Origin: a virus | Lineage: Duplodnaviria; Heunggongvirae; Uroviricota; Caudoviricetes | Direction: 5' to 3' (one strand) | IMG/VR virus record: IMGVR_UViG_2698536610_000001 | DNA: 47,772 nucleotides | Shown: piece by piece, positions 25,846 to 35,833 of the stretch | Numbering within the stretch: position 1 is the stretch's first letter | How the letters are laid out: every line of letters starts with the position of its first letter | Made by a program: the position numbers and the translations under genes | Notes under the pieces: generated by a model | What the model was told of the DNA's origin: nothing | Database searches by the model: none | The model's input: the letters and a program-made list of their open reading frames with translations, nothing else

Positions 25846-27804
25846 ATGCAGGCAGGTCACCAGAGTGACGCGGATATTTATATTTATGACGAGATTGGTT
25901 TCTGGGGTGTTACAGCGAAGCAGTTTATCAGTGATCTGAATGCACTGGGCGATATCACCCACATTAATCTCCATATTAATTCACCGGGTGGCGATGTCTT
26001 TGAAGGCATCGCCATTTTTAATGCACTGAAAACACATGGTGCGTCCATTACCGTTTATGTCGACGGTGTGGCGGCGTCAATGGCGTCGGTCATTGCGATG
26101 GTGGGAAACCCGGTCATTATGCCGGAAAACTCCTTCATGATGATTCATAAACCATTTGGCTTTACGGGCGGTGATGCGGAGGACATGCGCACCTATGCCG
26201 ACCTGCTCGATAAAGTTGAGGCGGTTCTGTTACCCGCTTATGCACAGAAAACCGGGAAAACCACCGATGAAATTGCTGCCATGCTGGCGGATGAGACCTG
26301 GATGTCCGGTGCCGAATGTCTGGCACAGGGATTTGCTGATCAGGTGACACCAGCCGTTAAGGCAATGGCATGTATTCAGTCAAAACGTACAGAGGAATTT
26401 AAAAAGATGCCGGAATCCATTCGAAACATGATTACTCTGCCACGCAACAGTGCTCCACGCGTACAGGATGATGAACCTGCAGCCTCCCGGACGCCAGTGC
26501 AGGCAGCAGCACCCGTGGTGGATGAAAACAGTATCCGCGCGCAGGTACTGGCAGAGCAAAAAGCGCGTGTAAACGGTATTAATGATCTGTTTGCCATGTT
26601 TGGCGGGCGTTATCAGATGCTGCAGGCCCAGTGTCTTGCCGATCCTGAATGTTCGCTGGAGCAGGCCCGTGAAAAGCTGTTGAACGAGATGGGGCGCGAG
26701 TCCACGCCATCCAATAAAAATACCCCGGCTCATATTTATGCCGGTAACGGTAATTTTGTGGGGGACGGGATCCGCCAGGCGCTGATGGCGCGTGCCGGAT
26801 TTGAAAAAACCGAACGTGATAATGTCTACAACGGGATGACCCTGCGTGAATATGCCCGTATGTCACTAACTGAACGGGGTATTGGGGTTTCCGGTTATAA
26901 CCCGATGCAGATGGTCGGTGCGGCGTTCACACACAGTACGTCTGACTTCGGTAATATTCTGCTGGATGTTGCGAACAAAGCCATTCTGCAGGGCTGGGAA
27001 GATGCCCCTGAAACCTATGAACAGTGGACGCGGAAAGGTCAGTTGTCTGATTTTAAAATTGCCCATCGTGTGGGTATGGGGGGCTTCAGTGCTCTGCGTC
27101 AGGTGCGTGAAGGGGCGGAATATAAATACGTCACCACCGGAGATAAACAGGCCACTATTGCACTGGCGACCTATGGCGAGCTGTTCAGTATCACCCGTCA
27201 GGCCATTATCAATGATGATCTGAATATGCTGACCGATGTCCCGATGAAACTGGGCCGTGCGGCGAAATCCACTATTGCCGATCTGGTTTATGCCATTCTG
27301 ACGTCTAACCCGAAAATCTCCACAGATAATGTAAGTCTGTTCGATAAAGCGAAACATGCAAACGTACTGGAGAGCGCTGCAATGGACGTGGCATCGCTGG
27401 ATAAAGCCCGCCAGTTGATGCGCGTTCAGAAAGAGGGGGAGCGTCATCTGAATATTCGTCCTGCGTTCGTACTGGTACCGACGGCGATGGAGTCTGTTGC
27501 TAACCAGGTCATTCGCTCCTCAAGTGTCAAGGGGGCTGACATTAACGCCGGTATTATTAACCCGGTGAAAGATTTTGCTACCGTTATTGCAGAGCCTCGT
27601 CTTGATGATAACAGCCAGACCACCTTCTACCTGGCTGCGTCAAAAGGCTCCGATACGATTGAAGTGGCTTATCTCAACGGTGTGGATACGCCATATATTG
27701 ATCAGATGGAGGGCTTCAGTGTGGATGGCGTGACAACGAAAGTGCGTATTGACGCCGGTGTCGCGCCAGTTGATCACCGCGGTCTGGTGAAATGTACGGC
27801 GTAA
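25846..27804 (+). CDS. Prohead protease (ClpP/S49-like) fused to HK97-fold major capsid protein
   Basis: N-terminal protease region (…INSPGGDVFEGIAIFNALKTH…SMASVIAM…) and C-terminal capsid region in one 652-aa frame. Confidence 0.8.
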   Translation: MQAGHQSDADIYIYDEIGFWGVTAKQFISDLNALGDITHINLHINSPGGDVFEGIAIFNALKTHGASITVYVDGVAASMASVIAMVGNPVIMPENSFMMIHKPFGFTGGDAEDMRTYADLLDKVEAVLLPAYAQKTGKTTDEIAAMLADETWMSGAECLAQGFADQVTPAVKAMACIQSKRTEEFKKMPESIRNMITLPRNSAPRVQDDEPAASRTPVQAAAPVVDENSIRAQVLAEQKARVNGINDLFAMFGGRYQMLQAQCLADPECSLEQAREKLLNEMGRESTPSNKNTPAHIYAGNGNFVGDGIRQALMARAGFEKTERDNVYNGMTLREYARMSLTERGIGVSGYNPMQMVGAAFTHSTSDFGNILLDVANKAILQGWEDAPETYEQWTRKGQLSDFKIAHRVGMGGFSALRQVREGAEYKYVTTGDKQATIALATYGELFSITRQAIINDDLNMLTDVPMKLGRAAKSTIADLVYAILTSNPKISTDNVSLFDKAKHANVLESAAMDVASLDKARQLMRVQKEGERHLNIRPAFVLVPTAMESVANQVIRSSSVKGADINAGIINPVKDFATVIAEPRLDDNSQTTFYLAASKGSDTIEVAYLNGVDTPYIDQMEGFSVDGVTTKVRIDAGVAPVDHRGLVKCTA

Positions 27805-27890
27805 ACGTCGCAGACAACAACTCTGATGGCCCGTAAGGGCTTTTTTTGTACCTGAAATCAGCCCCTGAACGGGGCTGTGCGGAGACAGTT

Positions 27891-28214
27891 ATGGCAAAGA
27901 ATTTTGTAGAAGAAGGAAAAACGGTGGCGATTGTTGCCAGTGCAGCCATCAGCAGCGGAGATCTGGTGCAGGTGGGCGATGTTTTTGCGGTGGCGCTGAC
28001 CGATATTCCACAGGGTGAAACAGGCGACGGCATGACCGAAGGTGTGTTTATGCTGCCTAAGCTGAAAACGGATGACATGAAAACGGGTAAGAAGGTTTAT
28101 TTGAAGTCCGGAAAAGTTCAGCTGACTAACAGCGGCTCTGATCCGCTGGTCGGGGTTGTCTGGGCAGATGCCGGAACCAGTGCAGAAGAAGTGCCGGTAA
28201 AACTCAATGTCTGA
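27891..28214 (+). CDS. Small head protein (DUF2190-like, possible decoration protein)
   Basis: 107 aa with GGAGA SD; directly after the capsid gene. Confidence 0.45.
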   Translation: MAKNFVEEGKTVAIVASAAISSGDLVQVGDVFAVALTDIPQGETGDGMTEGVFMLPKLKTDDMKTGKKVYLKSGKVQLTNSGSDPLVGVVWADAGTSAEEVPVKLNV

Positions 28215-28482
28215 TCCCTTTTCCCGGCTGGCAGCGCGTATGGATGCTATCACGGTTAGAAAGATGGGAAAGACAGCCTCGATTAATGATGTCGATATGA
28301 CTGTGATCCCGGGAGAAACACTGGCAGAGCTGAATGCTCTGTCCGGACCTGCGGTCTCTCTGGTGGTGTTTTCTTCGGGATACCGCCCACGGCGCGGGGA
28401 TCGCGTTGTTTATGACGGACAACAATGGACGGTCACACGGCATGAACGTTTTAACGGTAAGCCAATGATCTTTATTGAGTAA
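28207..28482 (+). CDS. Head completion / head-tail connector protein (putative)
   Basis: 91 aa; overlaps the upstream stop; positional assignment only. Confidence 0.45.
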   Translation: MSDPFSRLAARMDAITVRKMGKTASINDVDMTVIPGETLAELNALSGPAVSLVVFSSGYRPRRGDRVVYDGQQWTVTRHERFNGKPMIFIE

Positions 28483-28493
28483 AGAGGTGTGGG

Positions 28494-29072
28494 ATGAAGG
28501 GGCTTGAGAATGCCATCCGTAATCTGAACAGCCTTGATACCCGTATGGTGCCACAGGCCAGCGCATGGGCGATAAACCGTGTGGCACAGAAAGCGGTCTC
28601 GGTCGCCACCCGGCAGGTTGCCGGGAATACCGTTGCGGGAGATAACCAGGTGAAAGGGATCCCCCTGAAACTGGTACGTCAGCGTGTCCGGGTGTTTAAA
28701 GCCAGTCCGTCAGGAAAAATGACGGCCAGGATCCGCGTTAACCGGGGCAATCTGCCCGCTATTAAGCTGGGGACAGCCCGGGTCAGACTGGCCCGGCGTG
28801 GTGGAAAACTGCAGTACCGTGGCAGTGTGCTGAAGGTGGGTAAATATCTTTTCCGGGATGCGTTTATTCAGCAACTGGCGAATGGTCGCTGGCATGTGAT
28901 GCGGCGTATTGATGGCAAAAATCGTTACCCCATTGATGTGGTGAAAGTCCCGCTGTCCGGACCGCTGACACAGGCATTTGAAGATGCCCGCGACCGCATT
29001 ATTGCTGCGGAAATGCCGAAACAGCTGGGGTATGCACTGAAACAACAACTGAGGTTATGGCTGACCCGATGA
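28494..29072 (+). CDS. Z: Tail completion protein gpZ-like
   Basis: 192 aa, same length and position as lambda Z. Confidence 0.6.
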   Translation: MKGLENAIRNLNSLDTRMVPQASAWAINRVAQKAVSVATRQVAGNTVAGDNQVKGIPLKLVRQRVRVFKASPSGKMTARIRVNRGNLPAIKLGTARVRLARRGGKLQYRGSVLKVGKYLFRDAFIQQLANGRWHVMRRIDGKNRYPIDVVKVPLSGPLTQAFEDARDRIIAAEMPKQLGYALKQQLRLWLTR

Positions 29073-29470
29073 ACCGACATACACAAATCCGCCAGGCCGT
29101 ACTGGCACGCCTTCGGGAACAGTGTGGAGACAGCGCCACGTTTTTTGACGGGCTTCCGGCATTTATTGATGCGCAGGAACTGCCTGCCGTGGCGGTGTGG
29201 CTGAGTGATGCTCAGTACACCGGAAAAATGACGGATGAAGATGACTGGCAGGCTGTTCTGCATATTGCTGTCTTCATCCGGGCACAGGCACCGGATTCAG
29301 AGCTGGATATGTGGATGGAGAGCACCATTTTCCCGGCCCTGAATGATATACCGGCACTTTCCGGACTCATCGACACCCTGATCCCTCTCGGTTTTAACTA
29401 TCAACGTGATAATGAGATGGCCACCTGGGCGATGGCGGAAATCACGTACCAGATCACGTACACGAATTAA
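29069..29470 (+). CDS. U: Tail terminator gpU-like
   Basis: MNRHTQIRQAVLARL…ATFFDGLPAFIDAQELPAVAVWLSDAQYTG… aligns with remembered lambda U. Confidence 0.75.
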   Translation: MNRHTQIRQAVLARLREQCGDSATFFDGLPAFIDAQELPAVAVWLSDAQYTGKMTDEDDWQAVLHIAVFIRAQAPDSELDMWMESTIFPALNDIPALSGLIDTLIPLGFNYQRDNEMATWAMAEITYQITYTN

Positions 29471-29475
29471 AGGAG

Positions 29476-30225
29476 GTGGCAATGACCACACCAAATCCAC
29501 TGGCAAAAACGAAAGGTGCGGGAACGACGTTCTGGATGTACACCGGCAAGGGTGATGCGTTTGCGAACCCTTTATCGGACACTGACTGGCTGCGTCTTGC
29601 GATGGTGAAGGATCTGCAACCTGGCGAAATGACCGCTGATGCAGAAGATGACACTTATCTCGATGATGAAGATGCAGACTGGAAAACGACAACCCAGGGG
29701 CAGAAATCCGTTGGTGATACTTCGGCGACGCTGGCCTGGCGTCCGGGTGACAGCGGGCAGAAAAAACTGGTTCAGTTGTTCGACTCCGGTGAAGTCTGCG
29801 CGTTTCGTATCAAATATCCCAACGGCACTGTTGATGTTTTCCGTGGCTGGCTGAGCTCACTGGGTAAAACCATTGCCTCAAAAGACGTGATGACCCGCAC
29901 AGTGAAAATCAGCGGTGTGGGGCGTCCGTATCTGGCAGAGGAAGGCACTGAAACAGTGAGCGTTACCGGGCTGACGGTGGCACCGGCATCTGCCAGTGTA
30001 AAAGTGGGAGCAACCACCACGCTGACCTTTACAGTAAAACCTGACGGAGCCAGTGACAAAGCGATCAGTGTGCATTCGACAGATCCACAGACTGCCACGG
30101 TGACCCTGAACGGGCTTGTGGCCACGGTGAAAGGCGTGAAGCAGGGCAGTGTCAGCATTGTGGGCATGACTTCTGACGGCGATTTTGTGGCAGTGGCTGC
30201 GGTGGCTGTCAGCGCCGCAGGTTAA
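29476..30225 (+). CDS. V: Major tail protein gpV with C-terminal Ig-like (Big_2) domain
   Basis: …GAGTTFWMYTGKGDAFANPLSDTDWLRLA…RFPNGTVDVFRGW… closely resembles lambda V. Confidence 0.9.
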   Translation: MAMTTPNPLAKTKGAGTTFWMYTGKGDAFANPLSDTDWLRLAMVKDLQPGEMTADAEDDTYLDDEDADWKTTTQGQKSVGDTSATLAWRPGDSGQKKLVQLFDSGEVCAFRIKYPNGTVDVFRGWLSSLGKTIASKDVMTRTVKISGVGRPYLAEEGTETVSVTGLTVAPASASVKVGATTTLTFTVKPDGASDKAISVHSTDPQTATVTLNGLVATVKGVKQGSVSIVGMTSDGDFVAVAAVAVSAAG

Positions 30226-30245
30226 CAGGACGATACTCATCATTT

Positions 30246-30269
30246 GCCCCGGTTATCCGGGGCTTTTTT
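30246..30269 (+). terminator. Intrinsic terminator after V
   Basis: GCCCCGG-TTAT-CCGGGGC followed by TTTTTT. Confidence 0.55.
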
Positions 30270-30285
30270 GCAGGTGGAGAACATG

Positions 30286-30672
30286 ATGTTTCTGAAACAG
30301 GGCACGTTTAATTATGAAAAGCAGTCCGTGGTGCTCAGTGAGCTGTCCGGGCTGCAGAGAATTGAATATCTGGCGTTTGTTCAGCAGCGAACGGCAAAGT
30401 TTGATGCCGAAGAGGGAGAACTGCCGGAGGCTGAACGACAGATTGCTTTTCTGCGGATGGGGATGGATATCAATGCCTGGCTGGTTTCCCGCTCACTGTG
30501 GAATGCGGAACAGTCTCAGGATGTTGAGACGCTTTGCGCATCCGTTATTACAACATGGTCGTATGATGCCCTGGGAGCGGGGGCGGAGATGGTTCTGTCG
30601 CTGAGCGGTATGGGAGTCATTGAGAATGCCGGGGATTTGGAGCATGAGGTGCTGACGCCGGAAAAGTCCTGA
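30286..30672 (+). CDS. G: Tail assembly chaperone gpG
   Basis: MFLKQGTFNYEKQSVVLSELSGLQRIEYLAFV… resembles lambda G; GGAAAAG slippery candidate just before the stop. Confidence 0.85.
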   Translation: MFLKQGTFNYEKQSVVLSELSGLQRIEYLAFVQQRTAKFDAEEGELPEAERQIAFLRMGMDINAWLVSRSLWNAEQSQDVETLCASVITTWSYDALGAGAEMVLSLSGMGVIENAGDLEHEVLTPEKS

Positions 30673-31010
30673 CGCGGGAAATGCAGTTTGTCATGCGGCT
30701 TGCCCGGGAGTTCCGGCGGGCAGACTGGCGGCGGATGCTGTCGGAAATGTCGGCCACTGAGCTTGGTGAGTGGGGCGATTATTTCCGGATGCAGAGCTTC
30801 AGTGATGTGTGGATGGATGCGCAGTTTGCCTCGCTGAAGGCATTGATCGTGAGAATGGTGTCCGGTAGCAGTGATGCTGCGGTGGCTGATTTCAGCCTTT
30901 TACCGGAAGAGAACGGGATACCGGAGCGAACGGACGAAGAACTGATGCATCTTGGGGAAGGTATTTCCGGAGGTGTGCGTTATGGACCAGATAGCCAACC
31001 TGGTCATTGA
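30648..31010 (+). CDS. T: Tail assembly protein T frame, expected to be expressed as a G-T fusion by -1 frameshift
   Basis: The -1 frame is open from 30648 through 31010 and overlaps the G 3' end; first in-frame ATG is at 30681. Confidence 0.65.
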   Translation, partial: GADAGKVLTREMQFVMRLAREFRRADWRRMLSEMSATELGEWGDYFRMQSFSDVWMDAQFASLKALIVRMVSGSSDAAVADFSLLPEENGIPERTDEELMHLGEGISGGVRYGPDSQPGH

Positions 31011-34000
31011 TTTGGGGATTGATGCGGCAGAGTTTAAAAATGAAATTCCCCGTATCAAAAACCTTCTGAATGGTGCAGCCAGCGATGCAGAACGGTCTTC
31101 TGCCCGTATGCAGCGTTTTATGGAGCGTCAGACTCAGGCCGCCCGGCAGACAACGCAGGCAGCTTCTTCGGCTGCAACAGCCGCATCCGTCCATGCGCAG
31201 ACGGTGGAGAAGAACGCACAGGCTCATGAACGCATGGCCCGCGAGGTGGAGAAAACCCGCCAGCGCATGGAGGCACTGAGCCAGAAAATGCGCGAGGAAC
31301 AGGCGCAGGCCATGGCTCTGGCGGAGGCTCAGGATAAAGCGGCTGCTGCGTTTTATCGTCAGATTGACAGTGTGAAACAGGCCAGTGCGGGGCTGCAGGA
31401 ATTACAGCGTATTCAGCAGCAGATCCGACAGGCCAGAAACAGTGGCGGGATTGGTCAGCAGGATTATCTGGCGCTGATTTCTGAGGTTACTGCGAAAACT
31501 CGTGTTCTTACACAGGCTGAGGAAGAGGCTACCCGACAGAAAGTGGCGTTTATCCGTCAGCTTAAAGAGCAGGCAACCCGCCAGAATCTTTCTTCTTCTG
31601 AGTTGCTTCGTGCTAAGGCTGCCCAGCTGGGGGTAAGCAGTGCTGCAGAAGTGTATATCCGCAAAATGGAGCAGGCAGGAAAAGCCACGCATTCGCTGGG
31701 TCTGAAAAGTGCAGCGGCCCGCCAGGAGATAGGCGTTCTGATAGGTGAACTGGCTCGCGGCAATTTAGGTGCGCTGAGGGGATCCGGGATAACGCTGGCT
31801 AACCGTGCCGGATGGATAGACACACTGATGTCACCGAAAGGCATGATGCTGGGCGGGGTTATTGGCGGTATTGCCGCGGCCGTCTATGGTCTGGGTAAAG
31901 CCTGGTATGATGGTCAGAAGGAGGGGGAAGAATTTAACCGCCAGTTGTCGCTGACGGGGCATTATGCCGGAGTCACTGCCGGGCAGCTGTGGACGCTCAG
32001 TCGTGCTATTTCCGGGAATGGTATCACGCAACATGCTGCAGCCGGTGCGCTGGCTCAGGTGGTGGGGAGTGGTGCATTTCGTGGAAACGATATCGGTATG
32101 GTGGCGAGAGCTGCCGCACAGATGGAGCGATCGGTTGGCCAGTCGGTCAGCGATACCATAAATCAGTTTAAGCGGCTGAAGGATGATCCTGTAAATGCCG
32201 CGAAGGCTCTGGACAATGAGCTGCATTTTCTTACTGCCACTCAGCTTGAGCAGATACGCGTCCTTGGGGAACAGGGGCGGTCCAGTGATGCGGCACGGAT
32301 AGCCATGTCTGCACTGGCAGAGGAAACCGGTCGGCGTACTGCGGATATTGATAATAACCTCAATGCGCTGGGCAGTACGCTGAAGTATCTGTCTGATTTA
32401 TGGAGTCGTTTCTGGGATGCGGCCATGAATATTGGTCGTGAAGACTCGCTGGATGAACAGATTTCCGCTTTACAGGAGAAAGTGTCGCGGGCGAAAAGAC
32501 TCCCCTGGACGGCATCATCTTCTCAGGTTGAGTACGATCAGCAGCGTCTTAACGAGCTTCAGGAGAAAAAACGCCAGAAGGATTTGCAGGATGCAAAAGA
32601 GCAGGCAGAGCAGAATTATCAGGAGCAACAGAAACGCCGTAATGCTGAAAATGCTGCACTGAACCGGATGAATGAAACGGAAGCAGCACGACATCAGCGT
32701 GAAATTGCGCGTATTAATTCCATGCAGTACGCCGATCAGGCTGTCAGGGATGCGGCGATACAACGTGAAAATGAACGTTACGAGAAAGCCCTGGCATCCG
32801 GTAAGAAAAAAACACGCGAACCCCGTAATGATGAGGCCACCCGGTTATTGCTGCAGTACAGTCAGCAACAGGCACAGGTGGAAGGACAGATTGCTGCTGC
32901 CAGACAGTCAGCAGGCATTGCCACGGAAAGGATGACAGAAGCGCATAAACAGCTTCTGGCTCTGCAGCAGCGCATCAGCGACCTGGACGGGAAAAAACTG
33001 ACGGCAGATGAAAAGAGTGTGCTGGCCCGTAAAGATGAACTGATTCAGGCACTGACGCTGCTGGATGTAAAACAGCAGGAGCTTCAGAAACAGACGGCAC
33101 TCAACGAGCTGAAGAAAAAAACAATTCAGCTGACCAGTCAACTGGCTGAAGAAGAGCGCGCTCAGCGTCAGCAACATGACCTGGATATCGCCACGGTGGG
33201 TATGGGTGATCAGCAGCGGCAGCGATATCAGGTACAACTGAGTCTTCGCCAGAAATACCAGCAACAGCTGGAGCAGTTGAGGCGGGATAGTGAGCAGAAA
33301 GGAACATATAACACGGATGACTACAGAAAGGCCGAGCAGGCGCTGACGGAGAGCCTGAACCGACAACTGAATGAGAATCGCCGTTACTGGCAACAGCTTG
33401 AAGTTGTGCAGGGTAACTGGAAAAACGGAGTCCTGCGTGCATTTCAGAATTTTACCGTGGATGCAGATAATACGGCAGGAACAGCAGAACAGGTGTTCTC
33501 GTCAGCCTTCAGCAACATGGGAAATGGCCTGGCAACTTTTGTCACTACCGGCAAACTCAATTTCAAATCCTTCACCTCTTCTGTGCTGTCAGATATGGCG
33601 AAAATCCTGGCGCAGGCAACCATGATGAAATCGATAAAAGGGATTGGCAGTGTACTGGGATTTGATCTCAGCAGCCTTTCCCTGAATGCCAATGGGGGGA
33701 TTTATCAGTCTGCTGATTTGAGTCGTTACAGTGGCACGGTGGTTAACCGTCCGACGTTTTTTGCTTTTGCAAAAGGCGCGGGTGTGATGGGGGAAGCGGG
33801 ACCTGAAGCCATTCTGCCACTGCGTCGTGGTGCTGACGGTAAGCTGGGGGTTGTGGCGGATATTGGTGGTTCAGGTATGGCGATGTTTGCCCCGCAGTAC
33901 AACATCGAGATCAATAACGATGGCACGAACGGGCAGATAGGTCCGGCTGCCCTGAAGGTGGTTTATGACCTCGGGAAAAAAGCGGCAGCGGACTTTATGC

Positions 34001-34047
34001 AACAGCAGGCCCGTGATGGTGGTCGGTTAAGTGGAGCATATCGGTAA
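30982..34047 (+). CDS. H: Tail tape-measure protein gpH
   Basis: About 1020 aa, largely helical, ending …INNDGTNGQIGPAALKVVYD… as in lambda H; GGAGGTG SD. Confidence 0.9.
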   Translation: MDQIANLVIDLGIDAAEFKNEIPRIKNLLNGAASDAERSSARMQRFMERQTQAARQTTQAASSAATAASVHAQTVEKNAQAHERMAREVEKTRQRMEALSQKMREEQAQAMALAEAQDKAAAAFYRQIDSVKQASAGLQELQRIQQQIRQARNSGGIGQQDYLALISEVTAKTRVLTQAEEEATRQKVAFIRQLKEQATRQNLSSSELLRAKAAQLGVSSAAEVYIRKMEQAGKATHSLGLKSAAARQEIGVLIGELARGNLGALRGSGITLANRAGWIDTLMSPKGMMLGGVIGGIAAAVYGLGKAWYDGQKEGEEFNRQLSLTGHYAGVTAGQLWTLSRAISGNGITQHAAAGALAQVVGSGAFRGNDIGMVARAAAQMERSVGQSVSDTINQFKRLKDDPVNAAKALDNELHFLTATQLEQIRVLGEQGRSSDAARIAMSALAEETGRRTADIDNNLNALGSTLKYLSDLWSRFWDAAMNIGREDSLDEQISALQEKVSRAKRLPWTASSSQVEYDQQRLNELQEKKRQKDLQDAKEQAEQNYQEQQKRRNAENAALNRMNETEAARHQREIARINSMQYADQAVRDAAIQRENERYEKALASGKKKTREPRNDEATRLLLQYSQQQAQVEGQIAAARQSAGIATERMTEAHKQLLALQQRISDLDGKKLTADEKSVLARKDELIQALTLLDVKQQELQKQTALNELKKKTIQLTSQLAEEERAQRQQHDLDIATVGMGDQQRQRYQVQLSLRQKYQQQLEQLRRDSEQKGTYNTDDYRKAEQALTESLNRQLNENRRYWQQLEVVQGNWKNGVLRAFQNFTVDADNTAGTAEQVFSSAFSNMGNGLATFVTTGKLNFKSFTSSVLSDMAKILAQATMMKSIKGIGSVLGFDLSSLSLNANGGIYQSADLSRYSGTVVNRPTFFAFAKGAGVMGEAGPEAILPLRRGADGKLGVVADIGGSGMAMFAPQYNIEINNDGTNGQIGPAALKVVYDLGKKAAADFMQQQARDGGRLSGAYR

Positions 34048-34376
34048 TGGAGACGTTTCACTGGAAAGTGCGCCCGGATATGAATGTGGTATCAGAGCCG
34101 AAAGTGGTGACAGTGAAGCTGGGCGATGGTTATGAACAGCGTCGTGCGGCGGGACTGAATAACCAGTTGTCGATTTACAGCGTGACGATACGTGTTCGTA
34201 AATGTGAACACCCATCTTTAAAAGCCTTTCTGGAACGGCACGGTGGCGTCCGCGCATTTCAGTGGACGCCACCTTATGACTGGAAGCCGATCAGGGTGGT
34301 TTGTCGTAAATGGTCGGCAAGCGTGGGGGCGCTGTGGGTAACCATAACGGCAGATTTTGAACAGGTCGTGGCATAG
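34047..34376 (+). CDS. M: Minor tail protein gpM
   Basis: 109 aa; METFHWKVRPDMNVVSEPKV…GDGYEQRRAAGLN… resembles lambda M. Confidence 0.9.
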   Translation: METFHWKVRPDMNVVSEPKVVTVKLGDGYEQRRAAGLNNQLSIYSVTIRVRKCEHPSLKAFLERHGGVRAFQWTPPYDWKPIRVVCRKWSASVGALWVTITADFEQVVA

Positions 34377-34385
34377 GAGGCCCTG

Positions 34386-35084
34386 ATGCAGGATATTTCA
34401 CAGGAAACACATCATGAGACGACACGCCTCACTCAGTCAGCCCAGGTGGTGCTCTGGGAAATCGATCTGACAGTGGTCGGTGGTGAACGTTATTTTTTCT
34501 GTAATGAGCAGAACGATAAAGGTGAGCCGGTCACCTGGCAGGGGCGACAGTATCAGGCGTATCCCATTCAGGGGACGGGATTTGAACTGAACGGCAAGGG
34601 CAGTGCTGCCCGTCCGACACTGACGGTTTCTAACCTGCACGGCATGGTCACCGGGATGGCGGAAGACCTGCAGAGTCTGGTCGGAGGAACGGTGGTCCGG
34701 CGTAAGGTTTACGCCCGTTTTCTGGATGCGGTGAACTTCGTCAACGGAAACAGTGACGCCGATCCGGAGCAGGAGGTGATCAGCCGCTGGCGCATCGAGC
34801 AGTGCAGTGAACTGAGCGCGGTGAGTGCCTCTTTTGTACTGTCCACGCCGACGGAAACGGACGGTGCCGTTTTTCCGGGACGTATCATGCTGGCCAACAC
34901 CTGCACCTGGACCTATCGCGGTGATGAGTGCGGTTATCACGGTCCGGCGGTCGCGGATGAATATGATCAGCCGACGTCCGATATCACGAAGGATAAATGC
35001 AGCAAATGCCTGAGCGGCTGTAAGTTTCGCAATAACGTCGGCAACTTTGGCGGCTTCCTTTCCATTAACAAACTTTCGCAGTGA
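34386..35084 (+). CDS. L: Minor tail protein gpL
   Basis: 232 aa; nearly colinear with remembered lambda L (…VVLWEIDLT…GERYFFCNEQN…). Confidence 0.9.
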   Translation: MQDISQETHHETTRLTQSAQVVLWEIDLTVVGGERYFFCNEQNDKGEPVTWQGRQYQAYPIQGTGFELNGKGSAARPTLTVSNLHGMVTGMAEDLQSLVGGTVVRRKVYARFLDAVNFVNGNSDADPEQEVISRWRIEQCSELSAVSASFVLSTPTETDGAVFPGRIMLANTCTWTYRGDECGYHGPAVADEYDQPTSDITKDKCSKCLSGCKFRNNVGNFGGFLSINKLSQ

Positions 35085-35089
35085 ATCCC

Positions 35090-35833
35090 ATGACAGAGAC
35101 AGAATCAGCGATTCTGGCGCACGCCCGGCGATGTGCGCCAGCGGAGTCGTGCGGCTTCGTGGTGAGAACACCGGAGGGGGAAAGATATTTTCCCTGCGTG
35201 AATATATCCGGTGAGCCGGAGGAGTATTTCCGGATGTCGCCGGAGGACTGGCTGAGTGCAGAAATGCAGGGAGAGATTGTGGCGCTGGTCCACAGCCACC
35301 CCGGTGGTCTGCCCTGGCTGAGTGAGGCCGACCGGCGGCTGCAGGTGCAGAGTGATTTGCCGTGGTGGCTGGTCTGCCGGGGGGCGATTCATAAATTCCG
35401 CTGTGTGCCGCATCTCACCGGGCGGCGCTTTGAGCACGGGGTGACGGACTGTTACACGCTGTTCCGGGACGCTTACCATCTGGCGGGAATTGAGATGCCG
35501 GATTTTCATCGCGGGGATGACTGGTGGCGTCACGGTCAGAATCTCTATCTGGATAATCTGGAGGCCACAGGGCTGTATCAGGTGCCGTTGTCATCAGCAC
35601 AACCGGGCGATGTGCTGCTGTGCTGCTTTGGTTCATCGGTGCCGAATCATGCCGCCATTTACTGTGGTGACGGCGAGCTGCTGCACCATATTCCTGAACA
35701 ACTGAGCAAACGAGAGAGATATACCGACAAATGGCAGCGACGCACACACTCCCTCTGGCGTCACCGGGCATGGCGCGCATCTGCCTTTACGGGGATTTAC
35801 AACGATTTGGCCGCCGCATCGATCTGCGTGTGA
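35090..35833 (+). CDS. K: Tail assembly protein gpK (JAB/MPN plus NlpC/P60-like)
   Basis: …VALVHSHPGG… metalloprotease motif and C-terminal Cys/His hydrolase region; start could instead be GTG 35081; 3' end overlaps the I frame. Confidence 0.8.
   Translation: MTETESAILAHARRCAPAESCGFVVRTPEGERYFPCVNISGEPEEYFRMSPEDWLSAEMQGEIVALVHSHPGGLPWLSEADRRLQVQSDLPWWLVCRGAIHKFRCVPHLTGRRFEHGVTDCYTLFRDAYHLAGIEMPDFHRGDDWWRHGQNLYLDNLEATGLYQVPLSSAQPGDVLLCCFGSSVPNHAAIYCGDGELLHHIPEQLSKRERYTDKWQRRTHSLWRHRAWRASAFTGIYNDLAAASICV

Noticed and set aside
26866-27447. 193-aa minus-strand ORF inside the protease/capsid gene, and similar antisense ORFs across 24500-36800 (for example 34437-35171 and 35105-35533)
   Set aside because: All overlap well-supported head and tail genes on the other strand; no ribosome-binding site or motif; high-GC artefacts.
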